From Tepidisphaerales bacterium (GTDB lineage Bacteria; Planctomycetota; Phycisphaerae; Tepidisphaerales; Tepidisphaeraceae), in the NCBI GenBank assembly GCA_038222915.1, contig JBBRHH010000001.1:1-36092 (forward strand): DNA of 36,092 nt, given 5' to 3'. The notes below the pieces were generated by a model. That model was not told the DNA's origin, searched no databases, and worked only from the letters and a program-made list of their open reading frames with translations. Shown here piece after piece: positions 1 to 7,455 of the stretch. Numbering within the stretch: the first letter of the stretch is position 1; each line of letters begins with the position of its first letter. Position numbers and translations under genes: made by a program.

Positions 1-58
1 GGAATGCGCAACGGCTGAAGACGATTGGTCATGGCGGAACGATACCCCATTGCACGAT

Positions 59-451
59 TCACCGCCGCAACAGCATCCGAATCCGAGGCGCGTACGCCTC
101 ATCAAAGAAAAACGCCAGCCGCCCCGACAAGCAACTCAGCACCGAAGCAAAGTAATCCGCGTCGGCCGCCTCAACCGCTTCATCCAATCGCATATCCCGG
201 CCATCCAACTCTCGATTAACCGAGATCACATGACAAGTCTCCGGCGCACCCGCGCTGCGCAAAAGCGCGAGCACATCAACCGAAGACGCGATCACTTCCG
301 CAAAACGCGGATCCCAACCATGATAGTGATTGAGAGCCTCTCTCGCTTGCTCGCGACGTTTCGCATTCCCCAACATCATCAGAAGCCGGTCCCGCCTGGC
401 ACGAACAACAAACGCGCGAATAGTTGCTTCCTCGTCAGGATGAATGGCCAT
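59..451 (-). CDS. hypothetical protein (130 aa), family not recognised
   Basis: Intact ORF with ATG at 451, preceded by GGGAGA. Uses the G/T-ending codons typical of minus-strand genes in this block. Last gene of a same-strand string 2022->59. Confidence 0.6.
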   Translation of the reverse strand: MAIHPDEEATIRAFVVRARRDRLLMMLGNAKRREQAREALNHYHGWDPRFAEVIASSVDVLALLRSAGAPETCHVISVNRELDGRDMRLDEAVEAADADYFASVLSCLSGRLAFFFDEAYAPRIRMLLRR

Positions 452-489
452 TTGTCTCCCAATGACGCGTCATTCCGCTGTGCGTGCCA

Positions 490-771
490 TCACTTCAAAC
501 AACTATCCCCAGCCGGTCCAATCACAAAAGACTCAGCCAGCCGCTCCATCGTGAATGTGCTCGGGCCGAATGCCGTGGCACACACCCGCAAGCGGCCGCG
601 TTTCTCGTCTTCCCAAATCACGACGGTATCCACACCCACGTCTTCACCATTGACGCGCACCAAGTGCGCCACGGCAGGCTGACCTACAAGTATTAAGAGT
701 GCCTCATATCCCCGACTGCGAGCCTGCTCCAGCAACGCAGCGAGAACCCTGTAAGCATCGCCTCGATTCAT
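490..771 (-). CDS. hypothetical protein (93 aa)
   Basis: ATG at 771 lies 5 nt after a GGGAGG Shine-Dalgarno and 12 nt after the stop of the upstream ORF. The translation is globular-looking. Confidence 0.6.
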   Translation of the reverse strand: MNRGDAYRVLAALLEQARSRGYEALLILVGQPAVAHLVRVNGEDVGVDTVVIWEDEKRGRLRVCATAFGPSTFTMERLAESFVIGPAGDSCLK

Positions 772-783
772 GGGAACCTCCCA

Positions 784-1035
784 CTACCCAGCCCGCCGCA
801 CCCGTCCAACCATTGGCCGATACCGATCCGAACCAAACATCATCATCAACAAAACCAGCATCCAAAAAGCCCCCAATCCCGGCCACCCAAGCCCCACCAA
901 CACCACGCCAGAAGACAGTAGCGCACCCCCAACCCGAATCGCAAACTGATCCGCATACATAAACGCCACACCAGCAGCGCCAACAAAAATCAACGCAACC
1001 AAAACCGCCGTCGGATCCAAATCGGTTACCCGCAT
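784..1035 (-). CDS. small hydrophobic membrane protein (about 83 aa, 2-3 predicted TM segments)
   Basis: ORF 784..1062; internal ATG at 1035 preferred. The sequence is very hydrophobic (VLVALIFVGAAGVAF, VVLVGLGWPGLGAFWMLVLLMMMF). No homolog recognised. Confidence 0.4.
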   Translation of the reverse strand: MRVTDLDPTAVLVALIFVGAAGVAFMYADQFAIRVGGALLSSGVVLVGLGWPGLGAFWMLVLLMMMFGSDRYRPMVGRVRRAG

Positions 1036-1170
1036 GAATTCCAATCCTACCAGACAACCCACAAATCAAAATCCGACCACAAGCATCGACTTCCTTCTCT
1101 TCCTTGGCGCTCTTGGCGAACTTGGCGGCAAGTCTTCAATTCCACTCGAATTCATCCGCAACATCCGCAG

Positions 1171-2022
1171 TCAAACCAACCCCCCACCAAAAATACACTC
1201 AACCTCATACCCCCGCCCCCGCAACTCCCCGGCCATCCCCGCCCCCACCGCCCCCGGCCTCTCCAACCCCACCTTCACCACCACCAACTCCTCCGCCTCC
1301 ACCCCATAAGACCCCTGCGCCAAAACCTCCCCATCCGCCCCCACCGCCAGCGAACATCCAATACACTTCCGCCCCTTCCAGGCTCCCGAAGTCAGCCACC
1401 CCACATTGCTCACCCCCACAATCGCCATCCGATACACCTTCGCCGCATGCTGATATCCCTTCAGCCAGAACGGCCCATACGGCTCGCGCGCATTGTCATG
1501 GTCCGCATCCACCGCCCACGCCGAAGGCGACAAAATCATCTGCGCCCCCATCCGCGCCTGCGCATGCGCCAGCACAATCGAATCCGCAAAATTGTCCGCG
1601 CAGATGTTCAACCCAATCGTTCCGATCGGCGTCCGCGCCACCCCCAGCGAATCCCCCACCGAATAAACCGCCAGCCCCACATCCAGCTCATTGATCTTCC
1701 GATGCTTCAGCAAAACCTCCCCGTCCGGCCCAATCAAAACGGCCGAGTTATAAATCCGATCCCCCGCCCGCTCAGTCAGCCCCGAAACAACATAAATCCC
1801 CACCGCCCGCGCCACCGCCCCAAGCGCCTTACTGATCGGCCCAGGCACCGGCCGCGCCAACTCCTCCGCCTCCGAAGCCGCCCACCCCGCATCCATACAT
1901 TCCGGCAACACCACAACGTCACACCCCTCCCGCCCCGCCCGCTCAATCATCGCAACCGCCCGCCCCATGTTGGCCTTGATACCCCCGGCCTCCACCAGCA
2001 TCTGCCCCATCCCAACTTTCAC
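1171..2022 (-). CDS. carbon-nitrogen hydrolase (nitrilase superfamily) amidohydrolase
   Basis: Glu-Lys-Cys triad contexts are present: VVVLPECM, HRKINEL, LNICADN. The ORF extends to 2043, but GTG at 2022 (MKVGMGQM...) sits 6 nt after GGAG and matches the usual N-terminus of the family. Confidence 0.85.
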   Translation of the reverse strand: MKVGMGQMLVEAGGIKANMGRAVAMIERAGREGCDVVVLPECMDAGWAASEAEELARPVPGPISKALGAVARAVGIYVVSGLTERAGDRIYNSAVLIGPDGEVLLKHRKINELDVGLAVYSVGDSLGVARTPIGTIGLNICADNFADSIVLAHAQARMGAQMILSPSAWAVDADHDNAREPYGPFWLKGYQHAAKVYRMAIVGVSNVGWLTSGAWKGRKCIGCSLAVGADGEVLAQGSYGVEAEELVVVKVGLERPGAVGAGMAGELRGRGYEVECIFGGGLV

Positions 2023-2087
2023 AGTGCGCTCCAGCAAATCCACATCCTTTCAACCACCATAAAGATGAAAAAATCATCGAAAAACAA

Positions 2088-2101
2088 CCAGATTAATCTG
2101 G
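2088..2101. promoter_or_regulatory. perfect 14-bp palindrome CCAGATTAATCTGG, candidate operator
   Basis: Read directly. It lies in an AT-rich patch 45-80 bp upstream of the CN-hydrolase start, within a 560-bp divergent intergenic region. Confidence 0.3.
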
Positions 2102-2282
2102 ACGCCGAAGATAACGCGTGATAGGGTATTGTTCGGTCACAAACATCCTCAGCAAAAGCATCCGGATGACGCTCAGGCCGCCAATGCAAACAATCATCCA
2201 CCATCCCGCAAAGCCATTCAACTCAAGGGCCGTCCTGGCTCATCAGGCCGCTCGAAAAAACAAATCGAGCGTCCGTCGGTTT

Positions 2283-2373
2283 GGGGTGATTCAGGGGTCA
2301 AAACGGGGTGATTTTATGTCGGTTCGGGGTCATTCGAGGGTCAAAACGGGGAGGGTTTGGGGTCGGAAAGGGG
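2283..2373 (+). repeat. cluster of nine G-tracts with repeated sub-motifs (GGGGTGATT x2, GGGTCAAAACGGGG x2, GGGGTCGG x2)
   Basis: G-tracts of 3-4 nt at 2283, 2294, 2305, 2326, 2338, 2348, 2353, 2359 and 2370. They sit on the strand that is otherwise strongly G-poor in this block. Confidence 0.6.
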
Positions 2374-2576
2374 TCGGTTTTTCAGGCGACGTCACACCGC
2401 TCGCCACATGCAACTCCAGTCCGCAGAACAACTTGATTCCCGGCCCACATTCCCAACCAGCCCAAACAGAAGTTTTTTTTGCGCGCATCCTCACCAAAAA
2501 GCTCGCCTGAACGCGACAATCGCGTCCCGCATTGCCAAACATTCCCCCTTCCGCTAACCATGCAGTTGAGAACAAA

Positions 2577-2599
2577 CCCGGGACAAATCCCGGGACAAA
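2577..2599 (+). repeat. tandem 12-nt duplication CCCGGGACAAA(T)CCCGGGACAAA, each copy containing a CCCGGG palindrome
   Basis: Read directly. It ends 5 nt before ATG 2604. Confidence 0.6.
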
Positions 2600-2603
2600 A
2601 CCA

Positions 2604-4046
2604 ATGAGCGCCAACATGAAAAACACCAACCTCCACGATCAACTCTCCGGCATCGGCCAATCCAACATCCTCCGCTTCGAAGAGGACCTCACCCCCGATC
2701 AGCGCACCCAGTTGGAAAACCAGATCCGCGCCCTGGATCTCAACCTCATCGCAACACTCGCCGAAACATACGTCCGCCACAAACCCCAGATCGAACTCCC
2801 GCGCACCATCCAACCCGTCCAGGCCTACCCCCACACCCCCGACCCGGCCAACCAGCAGCTCTACAAAGACGCCCAGCAATGCGGCCTCCAACTCCTCAAG
2901 CAAGGCAAAGTCGCCGCCTTCCTCGTCGCCGGCGGCCAAGGCACCCGCCTCGGCTACGACGGCCCCAAAGGCGAATACCCCGTCACCCCCATCAACCAGA
3001 AACCCCTCTTCCAGCTCTTCGCCGAACAACTCCTCGCCTGGTCGCGCGACTCCGGCAAAACCATCCCCTGGTACATCATGACCAGCGACGTCAACGACGC
3101 CCCCACCCGCGCCTTCTTCAAAAACAACAACTCCTTCGGCTACCCGCCGGCCGACATCTTCTTCTTCCAACAGGGCATGATGCCCGCCTTCTCCCGCGAC
3201 GGCACCGTCCTCCTCTCCGCCAAAGACTCCATCGCCCTCAGCCCCGACGGCCACGGTGGCAGCCTCCGCGCCCTCGCTCGTAGCGGCGCACTGGCCGACA
3301 TGAAAAAACGCGGCATCGAACACCTCTCCTACTTCCAGGTCGACAACCCCCTCGTGCACACCATCGACCCCCTATTCCTCGGCCTCCACGACATCACCGC
3401 CAGCGAGATGAGTTCCAAAACCATCGCCAAGGCCGGCGCTCTCGAAAAAGTCGGCAACTTCGTCATCGCCGACGGCACACTCCAGGTCATCGAATACAGC
3501 GATCTTGCCAACGAGCTCGCCCAGCAGACCAACCCCGACGGCTCCCTCCGTTTCAACGCCGGCTCCATCGCCATCCACGCCCTCCGCGTCTCCTTCATCG
3601 AGCGCCTCACTTCAGGCGGCCAGCTCAGCCTCCCCTGGCACCGCGCCGAAAAGAAGGTCCCCTATGTGGATGAAAAGGGCAATCTCATCAAACCCAGTGA
3701 AGTCAACGCGGTAAAACTCGAGCAGTTCGTCTTCGACGCCATCCCTCTCGCCAAAAACCCCATCGTCTACACCACCGATCGCGCCGAAGAATTTTCCCCA
3801 GTGAAGAACGCCGAAGGCCCAGACTCCCCCGCCACCAGCCGCCGCGACCAGGTCCGCCGCGCCGCCCGATGGCTCACCGCCGCCGGCGTCACCATCCCGA
3901 CAAAGGACAACGAGCCCGACGCCGCCCTCGAAATCTCCCCCCTCTACGCCGTCACCCAGGACCAGCTCAAATCCCGCAACGTCCCGCTCAGCAAAATCGA
4001 ACCGCAAGCCAGCATCTATTTCGACGAAGGCGGAATGGAGTTCTGA
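2604..4046 (+). CDS. UDP-sugar / UDP-N-acetylhexosamine pyrophosphorylase, UDPGP (UAP1/USP-like) family
   Basis: Motifs LVAGGQGTRLGYDGPKGEYPV, SPDGHGGS and YFQVDNPL. The ORF is open from TTG 2532, but conserved sequence begins near LHDQL, so ATG 2604 (or 2616) is preferred. Confidence 0.85.
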   Translation: MSANMKNTNLHDQLSGIGQSNILRFEEDLTPDQRTQLENQIRALDLNLIATLAETYVRHKPQIELPRTIQPVQAYPHTPDPANQQLYKDAQQCGLQLLKQGKVAAFLVAGGQGTRLGYDGPKGEYPVTPINQKPLFQLFAEQLLAWSRDSGKTIPWYIMTSDVNDAPTRAFFKNNNSFGYPPADIFFFQQGMMPAFSRDGTVLLSAKDSIALSPDGHGGSLRALARSGALADMKKRGIEHLSYFQVDNPLVHTIDPLFLGLHDITASEMSSKTIAKAGALEKVGNFVIADGTLQVIEYSDLANELAQQTNPDGSLRFNAGSIAIHALRVSFIERLTSGGQLSLPWHRAEKKVPYVDEKGNLIKPSEVNAVKLEQFVFDAIPLAKNPIVYTTDRAEEFSPVKNAEGPDSPATSRRDQVRRAARWLTAAGVTIPTKDNEPDAALEISPLYAVTQDQLKSRNVPLSKIEPQASIYFDEGGMEF

Positions 4047-4172
4047 TGCACGAGCGCACAGCCGATTCATCCGGTAAGCTTTGCCCAGTCCACTCCCTGA
4101 ACTTGCGGAAGCGCCGCAATCCCATAAATTCGACCGTCCCGGCCAAGCGTCGCACTCGCATACTCTGCAGCG

Positions 4173-4841
4173 ATGCAAAACAAAGCCACCACTCCCCTCA
4201 TCGAATCGATGGAAAACCGCCTCCTCCTCAGCGCCACCTCCCTCGCATCCCTGTTGCAGTCTCTGGCTCACTTACCGGCCGACGTCGTCGCCACCGTGCA
4301 GCCCCTCAAGCACCAGCCGACCGCAAAAGTGAAGGACCACGACAAAAAAAACGCGCCCCCGAAGAAGGAAAAAAAGCCCCACGTCAAGAAGGTGCATGTA
4401 GAAGACAAACCGAAACCGGATAAGGATCAAGCGGACAACGGGGATGAAAAAGACGGGAACAACTCGGGCGGTCACACCACAGGCGCCGGCCTCACCGTCA
4501 CCGGCAATGGCCAATCCATCGCCACCGGCGACACCACCCCCTCAGCCACCGATGGCACGAACTTCGGCTCCATCCCCCTCGCCCAGGACGGCCCGGTCCG
4601 GCAGTTCATCCTTACCAACACCACCGGCAGTGCCATCGACATTAACGTCATCGATCTCCCCGCAGGATTCGCCGTCGTCGGCTCCCCACAAACCCCCATC
4701 GCCGCCCACAGCCGGACAACCCTCACCATCCAGCTCGACAACAGCACCGTCGCCACCCGCACCGGCCAGGTCTCCATCAGCACCAGCGCCAGCACAACCC
4801 CAATCACCTTCACCATCACCGGCACAGTCACCGCAGCTTGA
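4173..4841 (+). CDS. secreted/surface protein: N-terminal IESMENRLLLSA motif, Lys-rich linker, C-terminal Ig-like (choice-of-anchor-D/ASH-like) domain
   Basis: Intact 222-aa ORF with the C/A-ending codon usage of plus-strand genes here. The C-terminal pattern FG..P....VRQFILTNTG...I.I..I.LPAGF....S...I....T.L.I.. resembles choice-of-anchor-D domains. Confidence 0.65.
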   Translation: MQNKATTPLIESMENRLLLSATSLASLLQSLAHLPADVVATVQPLKHQPTAKVKDHDKKNAPPKKEKKPHVKKVHVEDKPKPDKDQADNGDEKDGNNSGGHTTGAGLTVTGNGQSIATGDTTPSATDGTNFGSIPLAQDGPVRQFILTNTTGSAIDINVIDLPAGFAVVGSPQTPIAAHSRTTLTIQLDNSTVATRTGQVSISTSASTTPITFTITGTVTAA

Positions 4842-6051
4842 TCGTCGCCAGCGCCATAGCCGCAAGCAGCGCCTGCACCAGCCAGAACCGCACCACCACC
4901 TGCGTCTCCGTCCACCCCTTGCGCTGAAAGTGATGGTGCAGCGGAGCCATCAAAAAGATCCGCCGGCCTGCTCCATACCGGATGCGCGTAAACTTAAACC
5001 ATCCCACCTGCATCAGCACCGACAAAGCCTCCACCACAAAAATCCCACCAATGATCAGCAGCGTCATCTCCTGCCGGATCACAATGGCGATGTAAGCAAT
5101 CAAAGCCCCCAGCGCCAGCGATCCGGTATCCCCCATGAACACCGCCGCCGGGTTGCAGTTAAACCACAGAAATCCAAGGCAAGCCCCGGTAATCGCCCCA
5201 GCCAAAACCGCCATCTCCCCCGCCGGCGGCACATGCGCCAGATTCAAATACTCCGCCAGCTTCTTCCACCCCACGATCACCGCCAGCAGAAAAAACGTAA
5301 ATCCCACAATCGCCATACACCCCGCCGCCAGCCCATCCAGTCCATCCGTCAGGTTCACCGCATTGCTCGTCCCGGTCAGCACAATCGTGCCGACAAGTAT
5401 GAACAGCACCGATCCAAAATCGATATGCAGCCACCGCAGAAAAGCCATGTGCGCATAGATCCAACTATTCAACCGCGGCAGGGCCAGATCAATCTTCAGG
5501 TCCTTAAAGAACGGAAAATACAGCGTGTGCGTCTCTTCGATCTTGATCCCATGGCGATACGTGAAATACGAAAGCACGACCGCCAGCCCGATCTGAAACG
5601 CCAACTTCTCCTTGCTCGCCAATCCCTGCCGCGTCCCAGCGCGCTGCCCGGCCGTAAGCTTCAACCAGTCGTCCGCCGCCCCCACCACCGCCATCCAAAG
5701 CACGCAGATCAACGCCATCGTCACATAAAAGTTTCCAAGGTCCCCCAGCAGAATCGTCGAAGCAGTGATCGCGCCCACGATCAGCAATCCCCCCATCGTC
5801 GGCGTCCCCTTCTTCCCGGCCATCAGCTTATCGATATCCACCTGATCGAATCCCGCCAGGTCCCCAATCTTTCGCAGCCGCAGCCAGCGAATCACGCTCG
5901 GCCCCAAAATCACGCATGTCAGAAAACTGACCACCACCGCCATCGCCGCCCGAAACGACACATACTGAAAGACGCGAAGCGATCCCAGCCCATGGCCCTC
6001 GAGCCATCGCATGTGTTCACGCACAAGATAACGAGACAACAAATACAGCAT
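4828..6051 (-). CDS. mraY: phospho-N-acetylmuramoyl-pentapeptide transferase
   Basis: Signature NAVNLTDGLDGLA, a polytopic membrane profile, and position directly downstream of murF. ATG 6051 (MLYLLSRYL) preferred; TTG 6063 is possible. Confidence 0.93.
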   Translation of the reverse strand: MLYLLSRYLVREHMRWLEGHGLGSLRVFQYVSFRAAMAVVVSFLTCVILGPSVIRWLRLRKIGDLAGFDQVDIDKLMAGKKGTPTMGGLLIVGAITASTILLGDLGNFYVTMALICVLWMAVVGAADDWLKLTAGQRAGTRQGLASKEKLAFQIGLAVVLSYFTYRHGIKIEETHTLYFPFFKDLKIDLALPRLNSWIYAHMAFLRWLHIDFGSVLFILVGTIVLTGTSNAVNLTDGLDGLAAGCMAIVGFTFFLLAVIVGWKKLAEYLNLAHVPPAGEMAVLAGAITGACLGFLWFNCNPAAVFMGDTGSLALGALIAYIAIVIRQEMTLLIIGGIFVVEALSVLMQVGWFKFTRIRYGAGRRIFLMAPLHHHFQRKGWTETQVVVRFWLVQALLAAMALATIKLR

Positions 6052-6069
6052 CGATACCAGCAAACGCCG

Positions 6070-7455
6070 TCACAACGGCGTCACCTCTCGCTCCTCCAAC
6101 GCCTTTGCCACAGCTTCCAGCCGCATCGCTCGCGACCCTTTCAAGAGCACGATATCCCGTTGGCCAATCCATCGCGCCAGATCAGTCGCGGCGTCGCCCG
6201 CCCCCGTAAAACATTTGATTTCACAAGTCGCCCCCGAACCCCGCGCCGCCTCCCCAAACAGCGCCCCGTTCTCCCCCACGCAGATCATGACATCGATTCC
6301 GGATTTGCCCGCAAACTCGCCCAATTCCCGATGATAGCGTTCCGTAGTCACCCCAAGCTCGCGCATATCCCCAAGCACGGCAATGCGTCGCCCCTTGGTC
6401 TCAATGCCCGCCAGCGTTTCCAAAGCCGCCTTCATCGAGGCTGGATTCGCGTTGTACGCATCATTCAAGACGGTCACGCCCCCCACGCGCTTCAGCTCAA
6501 GCCGCATCTCGGGCGCATCCGCGGTCGCAAGCCCTTCAATCGCCGTCGCCTCCGATACACCAAGCTGCCGCGCCACCACCAGTGCCGCCAGTGCATTGAT
6601 CGCATTGTGTCGGCCAAGCAGCGGCACGAAAACCTCTGTACGCCCGTTCAACAGAAACCGCGTGCCGGTCCCATCGGTTCGGATATCAAATGCAAACAGG
6701 TTGTTCGAAGGTTGAAAACCAAACGTCAGCGTTCGTTCGCGCGGATGCGCCGAGATCGCGTTCAGCAACTGCGGATCGTCCCCGTTGACCAGCAACCACC
6801 CGTCCGGCCGCAGCCCGGCAATGATGCTCGCGTTCTCAGCCCGAACGCCCTCCAGGTCCCCGAGGAATTCCAGATGTTCCGCCGAGCAGTTCGTGATCAC
6901 CGCCACATCCGGCTGCGCAATTTTGGTCAGGTTCAGCACTTCCCCCGGATGGTTCGTCCCGATTTCCAGCACCAGATAATCCTGGGCCGGCGATGCCGGA
7001 AAAATCGCCAGCGGCACCCCAATGTCATTGTTAAAACTCTTGGGCGAGAACGAACCGCGCTGAGCCCCGCGCAGCGCGGAATTGATCAGGTATTTTGTTC
7101 CCGTTTTTCCGTTGCTCCCCGCCACCCCAATGACTTTTCCCCGCAACTGCCGTCGAACGTGCGCCGCAAGCTTCCCCATCGCAATCCGCGTATTCGCCAC
7201 CCCAATCATCGGCCAATCCCGCGGCGCATCCGCCTTCCGCTCCTCAACCAGTGCCGCCATCGCCCCGGCATGATACGCCGCCACCAGATGTTCATGCCCA
7301 TCATGCTTCTCCCCGCGAATCGCAATGAACAAAGTCCCCGGCGCCATCGCCCGAGAGTCAGTGCACACGCCATTGATGCATGCATTCAACGGCCACGGCC
7401 ACAGCAGTTCCCCATCCACGATCTTGCACAGTTCATCCAGCAATATGGGATTCAT
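6070..7455 (-). CDS. murF: UDP-N-acetylmuramoyl-tripeptide--D-alanyl-D-alanine ligase
   Basis: Mur ligase P-loop GVAGSNGKTGTK and typical MurF length and order. Its start overlaps the murE stop (ATGA at 7452-7455). Confidence 0.93.
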   Translation of the reverse strand: MNPILLDELCKIVDGELLWPWPLNACINGVCTDSRAMAPGTLFIAIRGEKHDGHEHLVAAYHAGAMAALVEERKADAPRDWPMIGVANTRIAMGKLAAHVRRQLRGKVIGVAGSNGKTGTKYLINSALRGAQRGSFSPKSFNNDIGVPLAIFPASPAQDYLVLEIGTNHPGEVLNLTKIAQPDVAVITNCSAEHLEFLGDLEGVRAENASIIAGLRPDGWLLVNGDDPQLLNAISAHPRERTLTFGFQPSNNLFAFDIRTDGTGTRFLLNGRTEVFVPLLGRHNAINALAALVVARQLGVSEATAIEGLATADAPEMRLELKRVGGVTVLNDAYNANPASMKAALETLAGIETKGRRIAVLGDMRELGVTTERYHRELGEFAGKSGIDVMICVGENGALFGEAARGSGATCEIKCFTGAGDAATDLARWIGQRDIVLLKGSRAMRLEAVAKALEEREVTPL

